A stretch of DNA of 64,000 bases from an uncultured Chthonomonadaceae bacterium (lineage in GTDB: Bacteria; Armatimonadota; Chthonomonadetes; Chthonomonadales; Chthonomonadaceae), in contig CAWFQB010000003.1 in NCBI GenBank assembly GCA_963817895.1, positions 1-64,000 on the forward strand, written 5' to 3'. Under the pieces are notes generated by a model that saw only the letters and a program-made list of their open reading frames with translations, was not told where the DNA came from and made no database searches. Numbering within the stretch: the stretch's first letter is position 1; each line of letters begins with the position of its first letter. A program made the translations under genes and the position numbers. Shown here piece after piece: positions 29,166 to 39,461 of this stretch.

Positions 29166-30356
29166 CTACTTTGTTCCCGCAGTCGGTTTGTCGCCGGGCG
29201 CAACTGATTTGCCCGCGCTCTCGTTTTTGCCTTTTATAGTTGGCGCGACAAGGGCGTTCTTGCCCGATTTTACCGGGGCATTTTCCCGAGCGACTGTGAT
29301 ACGCGCTTTCACATCCAGCGGATCGTATTCCGGTATTTCAGGATGGTCAGGGTCAATCTTCACGCGCTTGCGAACCACATTGGCGTTCATCGTGATGTGT
29401 GCGGATTTCACCTGACCGGGCAGCGGTCCCGCCGCCCCGGTCAGCGGAGTTGCCAGCAGCATATCGCCGCTCATGTCAATCTTGCCCGTCAGTGTCCGGT
29501 ACACATCCGCGTCATTGGCTGTGGAATTGCCCTCTTTGTTCAGCTTGTCTTCCACTGCCGAGGTCGCGGTCTGGTTCAGCGCGTACTCGGCGTCTTTGCC
29601 CTTCACTTTAGCGTTCGCGAGTTTGTTGGTGTATGTGATGCGGCCCGCTTTGGAACCCAATACCCCATCCGCGGACGGCCACGTATCCCCCACCTTCACC
29701 GGCTGATTGGAAAGCGTGACGGGCATCAGCATCAGAAACAGTTTGCGGACATCAAAGCCCACGTCAATCTGCACTTTCACGCTGCTTGCCGTCAGAATGT
29801 TGGCGACGGAACCGTCCGGGCGGAGAACAGCGGTTGCGTTGAGCGCCTTCTGCATATCTTCCAGCGGAATGGGAAAGGGCGTGGTTTTGTCGGGGTCTAT
29901 CTTCTCGTCTTCTCTAATTTCGTGGTCGAACAGCGACAGGTCGGCGCTGTCCACGCTGAAATCAACGGTCGCGCCCGTCTTATCCACTTTCTTCACAGTG
30001 GCGACGTAAACCAGATCAACCTTGATATGAATGGGTGGGCTGTCCGGCTGCGCGAACGGCGGAATATGCCCATCGAACAGGGCGGACAAGCGGTAGCGGT
30101 ACGTCGCTCCGGGCGTAAACTGATAGGCAAGCTGCGCAGGTATGGGCGCGACCACCGCTTTAGAGGCAGGCGGTTTGTTCGCGTTTGTAGATTTTGCAGG
30201 CGGTTTTACGCCCGCGCTATTTTTGGAAGCCGACTTCGCGCCAGATTTGTCAGTTTTGGTGGCTTGCTGCGCGTTTACATTCGGCGCGACAAGCAGGCAA
30301 GTTGTTAAGGCCACGGAAGCCAGTAGTGCGCGGGAAGGTATCAAAGAAAAAAACAT
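29166..30356 (-). CDS. Secreted beta-rich hypothetical protein, paralog 1
   Basis: AGGAGG upstream, signal peptide, K/A/S linker, LAYQFTPGATYRY, LSNQPVKVGDTW. Confidence 0.75.
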   Translation of the reverse strand: MFFSLIPSRALLASVALTTCLLVAPNVNAQQATKTDKSGAKSASKNSAGVKPPAKSTNANKPPASKAVVAPIPAQLAYQFTPGATYRYRLSALFDGHIPPFAQPDSPPIHIKVDLVYVATVKKVDKTGATVDFSVDSADLSLFDHEIREDEKIDPDKTTPFPIPLEDMQKALNATAVLRPDGSVANILTASSVKVQIDVGFDVRKLFLMLMPVTLSNQPVKVGDTWPSADGVLGSKAGRITYTNKLANAKVKGKDAEYALNQTATSAVEDKLNKEGNSTANDADVYRTLTGKIDMSGDMLLATPLTGAAGPLPGQVKSAHITMNANVVRKRVKIDPDHPEIPEYDPLDVKARITVARENAPVKSGKNALVAPTIKGKNESAGKSVAPGDKPTAGTK

Positions 30357-30530
30357 ACGGATTAAATTCCTCCTGAATGTCGCATTGTACCACCTATCAG
30401 GAAATGGTGTCAAAACGTCCCCGTGACGGGTAAACTAACCTACTATACGCAAAATCCAAGATGTACAATTTGCGCGGCGTGTGACGCGCCTGAACAAACT
30501 GAAAAGATTACAAGGGAAAAGCGGGACGTT

Positions 30531-31316
30531 ATGAATGAGGAAGAGAAATATCTGTTCGACTTGCAGGGTTACATCAAAATTGAGAATGTTCTGGATGCCG
30601 AAACGGTTGCGGCGATGAACGACTGGATTGACGGACAGGCCGAACACAATCCCGCGTTTCAAAGCCAGACCGGCAACACGCATCTGGAAAACGTGATTAC
30701 GTGGGGGCCGATGTTCCGCAACCTGATGGATCATCCCGCATCTATGCGGATTTTACGCGCTATCATGGGCGATATGCTGCGGCTGGATCACGATTACGCC
30801 ATTTTCCTCAAGCCGGGGCATAAAGGGCTGGAACTACACGGCCCGACCGCGCTTGCGCCCTACGATCCCTGCCACTACTACCACTGCATCAACGGCCAGA
30901 TTTTCTGTGGCCTGAGCGTAGCCACGTTTGCGCTCACGGACGTAGAGCCGGGGCAGGGCGGATTGTGCCTGATACCGGGCAGCCATAAGAACAACTTCGT
31001 CACGCCGGAAGACATCCGCTTTTTCCGCCGTCCCTCCCCGATTGTGCAGCAGATTCCTACCAAAGCGGGCGACTGCGTGATCTTCACAGAGAAACTGATA
31101 CACGGCACGTTCCCGTGGCAGGGGCCGGGAGAACGCCGAACTCTGTTCTTCAAATACGCGCCGCCCGTCATTGCGTGGACAAACAAGCGGTATTTCCCCT
31201 CTCCTGCCGACCCGGAAATTCAGGCCATTGAGGACGAACTGACGGAAGCGCAGCGCATCCTGCTTCAGCCGCCGAGCGCGAAAGACCACCGCAAACCATT
31301 GCCGCCACTATCTTAA
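30531..31316 (+). CDS. Phytanoyl-CoA dioxygenase (PhyH) family protein
   Basis: EKYLFDLQGYI, RLDHDY, LHG, GGLCLIPGSHK, AGDCVIFTEKLIHGT, RRTLFFKY. Confidence 0.88.
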   Translation: MNEEEKYLFDLQGYIKIENVLDAETVAAMNDWIDGQAEHNPAFQSQTGNTHLENVITWGPMFRNLMDHPASMRILRAIMGDMLRLDHDYAIFLKPGHKGLELHGPTALAPYDPCHYYHCINGQIFCGLSVATFALTDVEPGQGGLCLIPGSHKNNFVTPEDIRFFRRPSPIVQQIPTKAGDCVIFTEKLIHGTFPWQGPGERRTLFFKYAPPVIAWTNKRYFPSPADPEIQAIEDELTEAQRILLQPPSAKDHRKPLPPLS

Positions 31317-31321
31317 ATTCA

Positions 31322-31370
31322 CCTCACCCCAACCCCTCTCCTTGCCGCGCAACGCGCTAGGAGAGGGGCT
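31322..31370. repeat. CCTCACCCC..CCCCTCTCC/GGAGAGGGG palindromic repeat family; relatives at about 2091-2118, 9966-10059, 35149-35236 and 46237-46282
   Basis: cctcaccccaacccctctccttgccgcgcaacgcgctaggagagggg. Confidence 0.75.
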
Positions 31371-31450
31371 ATTGTTTTGCAACCTTCTCCTGGCTCATTG
31401 GGCCAGTGGAGGGGCTTTTCATGCTTTCGGTACAGGCGCATGAAAAAATA

Positions 31451-31484
31451 CAGCCCTCAGATTTATTGCTAAATCTGAGGGCTG
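31451..31484 (-). terminator. Intrinsic terminator downstream of ftsH
   Basis: cagccctcagattt / aaatctgagggctg, with TATTTTTT following on the minus strand. Confidence 0.75.
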
Positions 31485-31500
31485 CGCGTCGCATCAACTG

Positions 31501-33463
31501 TTACGCCGGTTCGGGGCGCAATCCCTGCGTTTGGATGCGGGCGCGCTCCGGTTCTGCGGTCGTGACGGGCGTACCCGTTGTCGGCGGAACCGTGGGCGGC
31601 GTCATGGCGTTGCGGCGAATGTCGTCCGCATTGGCTGTGCCGTCCAGAAGCGCGATGAATTCCTCGCGGTTCAGCGATTCGCGCTCCAGCAGTATATCGG
31701 CAATCTCGTCCATTTTGGCGCGATTTTCAATCAGAATTTCCCGCGCTCGCTCGTAACCCTGATCAATGAACATGCGGACTTCTTCATCAATGGCTTTGGC
31801 GACATCTTCGCTGTAATCGCGGTCTTCCATCAGGTCGCGGCCCAGAAACGGGTTGCCGTGCCGCCGTCCCAACCGCACCATGCCCAACCGATCCGACATG
31901 CCGTACTCGCAAACCATCGCCCGCGCCGTGTCCGTCACCTGATTCAAGTCTGCCACCGCGCCGGTCGTCACGTCCTGAAAGACGAGTTCTTCCGCCACGC
32001 GCCCGCCCAGACTGGCCGCGATGTCGTCCATCATGTCCTGCTTGGTGCGCAGGGATTCCTCTTTGGGCAGGAACCACGTCGCGCCCCCGCTCATGCCGCG
32101 CGGAACAACGGTAATCTTGTACACCGGGTCGGCGTTGGGCAGTTTGGCGGCCACAATCGCGTGTCCTAGTTCGTGGTACGCGACGACGCGCAGTTTGCGC
32201 TCCGAGTTCATGCGGGTTTTGCGCTCCGGCCCCATCAACACGCGGTCACGCGCCTCATCGAATTCGGCCATTGCGATCTTGCTTTTGTCGCGACGGGCCG
32301 CCAGAATAGCCGCTTCATTGACGACGTTCATAATGTCCGCGCCCGTGAAACCCGGCGTCAGTTTGGCAAGGGTGTCCACGTTGATGTCATCTTCGACGGG
32401 CTTGCCGCGCAGATGCACGTTGAAGATCGCCTTGCGGCCCACCACGTCCGGGGCGTCCACGACAACGCGGCGGTCAAAGCGACCGGGGCGAAGCAGGGCC
32501 GGGTCCAGAACGTCCGGGCGGTTCGTGGCTGCGATCATAATCACGCCCGCGTTCGGGTCAAAGCCGTCCATTTCGACGAGCAGTTGGTTCAGGGTCTGTT
32601 CGCGCTCGTCGTGACCACCGCCCAACCCAGCGCCGCGCTGCCGTCCAACCGCGTCAATTTCGTCAATGAAGATGAGAGACGGGCGATTGCTTTTGGCGGT
32701 ATCGAACAGGTCGCGAACGCGGCTCGCGCCCACGCCGACAAACATTTCCACAAAGTCGGAACCGGAAATATGGAAGAACGGAACGCCCGCTTCCCCGGCA
32801 ACCGCCCGCGCCAGCATGGTTTTGCCGCAGCCGGGAGGTCCGAGCAACAGAACGCCTTTGGGAATCTTCGCGCCCAATGCCTGAAACTTCTTGGCGTTCT
32901 TCAAGAACTCGACGATTTCGGCCAGTTCCTGCTTGGCCTCTTCCACGCCCGCCACTTCGTCAAACGTCACTTTCGGCACGCTGTCGGTCAAGGCGGCGCG
33001 CTTTGCTGCGCCCGAAGTTGAGCGCCTGATTGCCGCCGGACTGCGCCTGCCGGATGAAGAACAGGTAAAAGACGGCGATCAAGCCCACCGGAAACAGCAG
33101 CATCGTGAGAACCGTCTGCACAAACTCGTTCATAAACGGCGGCTTGAACTCGTGCGTGATGTTGTTCTTCGCAAGAGCGGCGTACAGCGCGTTGCGGGAT
33201 TCGGGCGCGTCGGGCAGTTTGGTAGAGACGACTTTATCCGTCGTGCCGGCGGGAAGCTGCCGGAACTTGAGAACGGCCTCATCTTTTTGCAGTTCGACGG
33301 TCTCAATTTGAGGGACATTATGATCTATGTAGCCGAGGAAGGTGCTGTAGGGAACCGTTTTGGGCGATCCCATCCCCGACAGCGGCGATTTCCACACCAC
33401 AATCAACAGCATGATTACCACAATGGTAATGATTATGCGCGTTCCATTCGTACCTGTCTTCAA
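31501..33463 (-). CDS. ftsH: ATP-dependent zinc metalloprotease FtsH (apparent 1-nt insertion near 32990)
   Basis: Two TM segments, [59 protein letters not shown] zinc motif. Confidence 0.97.
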
Positions 33464-33655
33464 ATCAACCTCCTCCGGCGTCGCTCACACAAAAACTTGG
33501 ACGCTGGCTGTTACAACAATTCCTGCTATTATAGCATACTATTGCGGGCTGTCCATGCACAGCCGGAATCGAATCCATCTGCCCTGCGGTCTTGTTCTAT
33601 ACCTCTAATCCTACTTCATAGGTACATCATCAGCGTTACGAACAGTTCCCGCGTT

Positions 33656-35096
33656 TCACCGGTCGCAATTATTTTCCCTGCGCGTTGCTTCAAAAATCGT
33701 GTCAATCCTGTCCTGTGTCGCAGACAGGCGACAGGCAAACAGGGCAGTTTCCTCTGTTCGCCACTTGCCAACCGCCAGAATGCGCCCGCTTGCCTGTTCC
33801 GCCAGCAGGGGAATCGAGTGGCGTTCTCCCGCCGGTATCTTCAAATCGGTAAAGATGTCCTGAATTTTCTTCGTGCCGTTCAAACCGCGCGGGCGCATCC
33901 GGTCGCCCGGTTTCCACGAACGAACCGTTAAAGGCAACTGTACCATTGCGGCGGGCCAGATTATCAATTGCCCCGCGCGTAAGTTTTCAAGCCAATCGCC
34001 GCGCAATTCTATCAGAGCATTCGGCAATTCATCGGGCAGGCATAGCCGAGTCAATAACAAGGACGTTTCGGCCCCGCGCGAGGGTTCGCCCCGGAACGGC
34101 TACGGGACATTCCCACGGAATCGCTAAGGCAAGGGGCGGTACGCGAGCAACCCTGATAGCGGTTTCCTCACAGGTAACGCGAACCGTTCCCTTTGCGTCT
34201 GCCGGCAGTTCCACACTCCCGGCCTGCCCGCCTGCCGCCAACTCCAGCACCGTTTCGACCGCTTCAAACGCGACATTTTGTAAATCGCCGCGTATTCGAG
34301 CAATGGCCTGCCGTAAAACCCGTCGGCGCAATCCAGGCGGAAGCGCGTTGAATTGAGGCAGGGGAAGCAGGAGAGAATCGGCATGAGAGAAATCGCCTTG
34401 CAGTGTGAGGGAGGCGAGCGATTGAAGCGCGAGGGTTTCCAGCAGGGCGTTGTCTTCGGCGGCAAGGTCTGCCAGTCGCAGCAGGGCATCATCCACTTTT
34501 GGGTTGTAGAGTTCGCGCAGTTGAGGCAACAGTTCCAATCGAACGCGATTTCGCCGATAGGTTAGTTTTGAATTGGAACTATCGTGGCGCGGGGCGAGTT
34601 GGAAGCGTTGGCAATACTGTTCTACCTGAAGGCGCGTAACATCATAAAGGGGACGAATCAGAGGAAGCGCAACGGGCGCGAAACCGGCCAGCCCTTCCAG
34701 CCCACTGCCGCGCAGAATGTTGAGGCAAACAGTTTCGGTTCGGTCATTGCGCGTATGCGCAAGGGCAATCCGTTCCGCGCCCGCTTCCGAAGCGACACGG
34801 CGCAAAAACGCATGGCGCGCGTCACGAGCGGCCTGTTGCGCGGAAAGGTGTCGCCGTTTTTGCAGGGCAGGAACATCAACGAACTCAATACGGCACGGCA
34901 CGTTCAAACTGTCGCAAAGCGCGCGAACGTAATCGGCATCGGCTTCCGCTTCCGCGCCCCGAAAGCCATGATTGAGATGACACGCGACGAGTGACAACTT
35001 CCACTCGTCGCGTAATTGGGTCAGGGCGTGAAGCAGAGCCGCGCTGTCCGGCCCGCCCGATGCCCCGACAACGACCGTCTGCCCCGGCGTCAGCAT
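33656..35096 (-). CDS. tilS: tRNA(Ile)-lysidine synthetase TilS (frameshift near 34060-34100; true start probably further upstream)
   Basis: SGGPDSAALL, HLNHGFRG, AHTRNDRTET, IRPL, RNRVR; C-terminal fragment RSWKPGDRMRPRG..KKIQDIFTDLKIP. Confidence 0.92.
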
Positions 35097-35303
35097 CTCA
35101 TAGCGGGTGATAGTGGCGCGTAAGATTGCTGCTAAGTCTGCTTTGATACCTCACCCCCGGCCCCTCTCCTTGCCGCGCTCTCGATAAACACGTTAAAGCG
35201 TAGCAAACGTGTTTATCGAGAGCGCTAGGAGTGGGGAGAGCGTAGTTGTTAGCCCCTCCGTAATGAGGAAGAGGGGGGCTGTTGATTGGAAAAGTTTGTC
35301 CTC

Positions 35304-36275
35304 TTACTGCGCGTAGGCAAGTTCGCGCTCGCGCGTGGGCGTTTCTTCCTGTGGGAACGCGCTCAGGTGAACGACATGGTTGTCCACCAGCAGGGCCGCG
35401 CCTGCCACGCCCTTGCCATTCAGCCGCGCGTCTTCGCCGATACCGATGGACGCGAATTGTTCGGCGTTGGACGCGGCGACCGCTTTGAGAAACGAATCAA
35501 CCGCCCATCGAGAGGGCGCAATGGCATCCTCGCCCTGCTTATCCAGCGCGTCCAACGCGTAACTGCGGGTCAATTTGGGCAGCAGTCCGGCAAACGTTTG
35601 CGGGCTGTCGAATAGTTCCAGTCCGACCACTTTGCCGTTGATGGCAAACACGGCTCCGGTCTGTTTCTCCCCGGCGCGAAACTCCCCCGCGTACTCTTCC
35701 AGTCCGCCCTCATGCAGTTCATAAATTTCGGACATAGCGGAAGTCGCCGAGCGCGAATCCATGCGACTCGCTTTAAGCGCGATGTCGCTCCACACCTCGC
35801 TCTGATCCGAATAGTGCGAACTGCCTCCCGATGCGCGCATGGACTCGGTAACATGCGCCATTTTGCGGGCGCGTCCCTCTGCGAATTGCGCGTGGGACGA
35901 AGTGGCGAACTCCGCCGAATTGTGGCTCCAGCGTCCGGCCTCGACACAGGATACGGGGATATTCAGGGATTCTCCGGCGGGCGCAAGGAGGGTCAAATTC
36001 AAAACGCGGTTCTGCTTGGCCCCTATCAGCGCCTCGCCGTCTATGAGCAGCACGGGCCGCTCGCCCTCTGTTTTCAGGCGAAGAATGGGGACATTGCCGC
36101 CCTCGCTGACTTCGGTAACGGTGGCGAGATTTTGCGCCAGCGCTTCGTCAAGCGTGAGATAATCGCGGGTCGGCGGCAGCGTGTCCGAACCAAACAGAGG
36201 AAAAACCGTCAGATTGCGGTAACTGACCGGCGAGCCAACGGTAATCTGATCAAGAACGTTTTCAATGGTCTGCAT
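35304..36275 (-). CDS. DUF6569 / ARPP-1-like domain protein
   Basis: NLTVFPL..YLTLDEAL..VTEVSEGGNVP..LLIDGEALIGAKQNRVLN..IPVSCVEAGRW..QSEVW; GGAGG RBS. Family assigned from memory of the motif. Confidence 0.75.
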   Translation of the reverse strand: MQTIENVLDQITVGSPVSYRNLTVFPLFGSDTLPPTRDYLTLDEALAQNLATVTEVSEGGNVPILRLKTEGERPVLLIDGEALIGAKQNRVLNLTLLAPAGESLNIPVSCVEAGRWSHNSAEFATSSHAQFAEGRARKMAHVTESMRASGGSSHYSDQSEVWSDIALKASRMDSRSATSAMSEIYELHEGGLEEYAGEFRAGEKQTGAVFAINGKVVGLELFDSPQTFAGLLPKLTRSYALDALDKQGEDAIAPSRWAVDSFLKAVAASNAEQFASIGIGEDARLNGKGVAGAALLVDNHVVHLSAFPQEETPTRERELAYAQ

Positions 36276-36578
36276 GTCGTGGTTCCTCCTGCCCTGCGCG
36301 TGTAAAAAAGCGGCGTGTTGAAGACCGCGCCTCCTTCGTGAGAGTCGCTGTTCTCCAAACAACATGACAGGAAAAACAACCTTTCGGTTTCAAACGCGGG
36401 TTAAATATTTCTCTTAATCCTGGTATCGTTCAAATAAAACTCCGTAGGGACACAACTTGTTGTGTCCGCATTGAGGCAATGTGTCCGCCCCAATAGATAA
36501 GCGCGAGGACACAACAAGTTGTGTCCCTGCGAAGTCTTAAATCCATTTGGCTTTTTGAACGGTATTGTTCCTCAACTA

Positions 36579-37406
36579 TCAACTATGCAGCCTGCTGTAA
36601 TCTGGGTCGAGGGAGGGGGAAGCATCCAGCAGTCGCTTTGTGTATTCCTGCTGCGGGTGGTCGAATATTTGGTCTACCGTGCCGCGTTCTACAATCTGTC
36701 CGTGTTCCATCACGCAGACCTCATCGGCGAGATAGCCGACAACATCCAGATTGTGGGTGACGAACAGATAGGTCAGGCCGCGTTCGCGCTGCAAGCGGCG
36801 CAGCAGATTCAGCACCTGCGATTGAACGGACACATCCAGCGCGCTTGTCGGCTCGTCCAGCACGATGAAGTTGGGGTCAACCGACAGGGCGCGGGCAATG
36901 GCGATGCGCTGCCGCTGCCCGCCCGAAAACTCATGCGGGTAACGGTCTAAAGATTCGGGCGGCATACTGACCTGTTTGAGCAGTTCTTTGCAGCGTTCCT
37001 CGCGTTCCATTGCGTTTGCCCCGATACGATGCACAATCATGCCCTCCTGCAAGGTTTCCCGCACGTTCATGCGGGCGTTCAGACTGGCATACGGGTCCTG
37101 AAACACGACCTGCATCTGCCGGCGCAGTTCCTGCCGCACTCGTCCCGTTCGCACGGAAAACGGCTGTCCCTCATACACAATGTCGCCGCCGGTTGGCGCG
37201 AGCAGATCGAGCAGCATCAGCGCGACGGTTGTTTTGCCCGAACCCGACTCGCCCACAAGGGCCAGCGTTTTGCCTTTGAGTATCTCGAAACTGACATCCT
37301 CAACCGCTTTTTTCCACTTTTTGGGTTGAAACAAGCCCGTCCGCTGTGGGAAATACTTTTGCAGGTTCCTGACGGCAATCAATGGTGTCTCATTTTGCGA
37401 GTTCAT
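36579..37406 (-). CDS. Oligopeptide ABC transporter ATP-binding subunit (OppF-like)
   Basis: GESGSGKTT, FQDPYASLN, YPHEFSGGQRQR, LDEPTSALD. Confidence 0.93.
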   Translation of the reverse strand: MNSQNETPLIAVRNLQKYFPQRTGLFQPKKWKKAVEDVSFEILKGKTLALVGESGSGKTTVALMLLDLLAPTGGDIVYEGQPFSVRTGRVRQELRRQMQVVFQDPYASLNARMNVRETLQEGMIVHRIGANAMEREERCKELLKQVSMPPESLDRYPHEFSGGQRQRIAIARALSVDPNFIVLDEPTSALDVSVQSQVLNLLRRLQRERGLTYLFVTHNLDVVGYLADEVCVMEHGQIVERGTVDQIFDHPQQEYTKRLLDASPSLDPDYSRLHS

Positions 37407-38442
37407 GTTTGTCCTTCGGTAGAATGATCGGAACCATTTTGTCGGCGCGGGTGGCGGGACGGTCGGGAATGTCGGGATCGTACAGGTGGCAGCGGCAGGG
37501 ACGCTCCGCGCCTTTCGGATGCCCTTTGGGCGGAATGGTCGAACACGAGCCGAAACGGTAATGGCAGCGCGGCTCGAAGCGGCAGGCTGTAGGCCATTTG
37601 GTCGGCTGCGGCACGATGCCTTCCAGCGTGGTCAAATCCTGTCCCCGCCGCGCCCGCGTGGGCAGGCTGGCAAACAACCCTTGCGTGTACGGATGCTGCG
37701 GGTCGGCGAACAAATCTTTCGCGGACGCGCTTTCCACGACCTGCCCCGCGTACATCACGGTCACGTCATGGGCCACGCGGGCAACCACGCCTAAATCGTG
37801 CGTAATCAGCACCATCGCCATGCCCAACCGCTTTTGCAAATCGCGCATCAAGTCCAGAATCTGCGCCTGTATGGTCACATCTAAGGCGGTTGTCGGCTCA
37901 TCGGCAATCAGCAGTTTCGGGTCATTGGCAAGGGCAAGCGCGATCATCACGCGCTGCCGCATCCCGCCCGAAAGCTCGTGCGGGTATTGCCGCATGTGCT
38001 GCGTGGGGTCGGGCATACCCACCAGTTTGAGCAGGTCCACGCCCCGGTTCCACGCATCCCTGCCGTTCGCCGTGCCGTGAATGTCCATGCTTTCGCTCAG
38101 TTGCCAGCCAACCGTATACACGGCGTTCAGGCTGGTCATGGGTTCCTGAAAGATCATGGCGATGTCTTTGCCGCGCACGGCCCGCATCTGGTCCCACGTC
38201 AAATCCAGCAGGTCGCGCCCCTCAAAGAGAATGCGCCCCGCGTCAATATACCCGGCAGGCTCCGGCACTAATTGCATAATCGAAAGCGCGGTAATGGACT
38301 TGCCGCACCCCGACTCGCCCACAATCGCCAGCGTTTCGCCCTTGTTGACCGTAAACGACACGCCATCTACGGCCTTCGCCAACCCCGACGGCGTATTGAA
38401 AAACGTATGCAGGTTTTCCACCTGTAAGATAGGTTCAGGCAT
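37390..38442 (-). CDS. Oligopeptide ABC transporter ATP-binding subunit (OppD-like)
   Basis: GESGCGKS, FQEPMTSLN, YPHELSGGMRQR, ADEPTTALD, HPYTQGL, Cys-rich tail. Confidence 0.94.
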   Translation of the reverse strand: MPEPILQVENLHTFFNTPSGLAKAVDGVSFTVNKGETLAIVGESGCGKSITALSIMQLVPEPAGYIDAGRILFEGRDLLDLTWDQMRAVRGKDIAMIFQEPMTSLNAVYTVGWQLSESMDIHGTANGRDAWNRGVDLLKLVGMPDPTQHMRQYPHELSGGMRQRVMIALALANDPKLLIADEPTTALDVTIQAQILDLMRDLQKRLGMAMVLITHDLGVVARVAHDVTVMYAGQVVESASAKDLFADPQHPYTQGLFASLPTRARRGQDLTTLEGIVPQPTKWPTACRFEPRCHYRFGSCSTIPPKGHPKGAERPCRCHLYDPDIPDRPATRADKMVPIILPKDKHELAK

Positions 38443-39449
38443 TAGCTCGTCCTCAATCGCGGATCAATGGCGTCGCGCAGGGCGTCGCCGAATATGTTGA
38501 AGGACAGCACCAGGAGGAACAGCGCGGTCGAGGCAGACGCGAGATGCCAGCCGATTACGGGTTCGCGGGCCAGTTCCGTGCGCGCGCTGTCAATCATGTT
38601 GCCCCAACTGCCGAATTCCGGCGGGACGCCGACTCCGATGTAGGTGAGAATGGTTTCCGACATCACAAAGCCGCTGAAACCCAGCACGAGGGTAATAATC
38701 ACGATGGGCAGCAGGTTGGGCAGAATGTGGCGAACCATGATGCGCAGATCGCTCACGCCAAGTGAACGGGCGGCGCGGACGTACTCGCGGTCGCGATGCT
38801 TGAGCGTTTCGCCGCGTATCAGGCGGCACAGGCCGATCCAACTGGTGAAGCCGAGCGCGAAACATATCTGGTTCAATCCCTTGCCCAACACCAGAACGAG
38901 GGTAATCAGCAGCAGAATATCGGGTACGGAACCGACAACGGTATACGTGTATTGGATCACATCGTCTACGCGCTTGCCGTAATAGCCCGCCAGCAGGCCA
39001 AAAATCAGGCCGATGGGCAGCACGATAATGCTCGTCAGGCCGCCGATGATCATGGCCGTGCGGCAGCCTTTGAGGGTGCGGAACAGCACGTCGCGCCCAT
39101 TGCCGTCCGTGCCTAAGAGATGCCTGCCTTTGAGCGGATGGATTTTGGCCTCGCCCGTTGTCATCGTATCCAGTGGCGCGGAATAGGTGCGCTCGACCGG
39201 TACGCGGACAAACATGCGATCCAGAACGGTTTGCGGCTCCGCCGCTTTGTTGTCGCGCCACGAAATGCTGTCCAGCACAGCCACGCTCGCGTACAAACAG
39301 ATGATTGTCAGCGCGGCCAGCGCCACTTTATTGCGTCCGATGCGGCGGTACGCTTCCGCCCACAGCGGTGTTCGCCGCGCGCGGACGATGAGCGTAATCA
39401 GCGCGACGACAACGGCAACAGGTATCAGATTGCTTATCAGGGTCATCAT
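38442..39449 (-). CDS. Oligopeptide ABC transporter permease (OppC-like)
   Basis: HLLGTDGNGRD, EYVRAARSLG, RHILPN, GDALRDAIDP. Confidence 0.93.
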   Translation of the reverse strand: MMTLISNLIPVAVVVALITLIVRARRTPLWAEAYRRIGRNKVALAALTIICLYASVAVLDSISWRDNKAAEPQTVLDRMFVRVPVERTYSAPLDTMTTGEAKIHPLKGRHLLGTDGNGRDVLFRTLKGCRTAMIIGGLTSIIVLPIGLIFGLLAGYYGKRVDDVIQYTYTVVGSVPDILLLITLVLVLGKGLNQICFALGFTSWIGLCRLIRGETLKHRDREYVRAARSLGVSDLRIMVRHILPNLLPIVIITLVLGFSGFVMSETILTYIGVGVPPEFGSWGNMIDSARTELAREPVIGWHLASASTALFLLVLSFNIFGDALRDAIDPRLRTS

Positions 39450-39461
39450 GTCTGTTCCCCA

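Noticed and set aside
33470..33650. hpt missing between tilS and ftsH
   Set aside because: That gene order is lineage-variable, and no remnant is visible.
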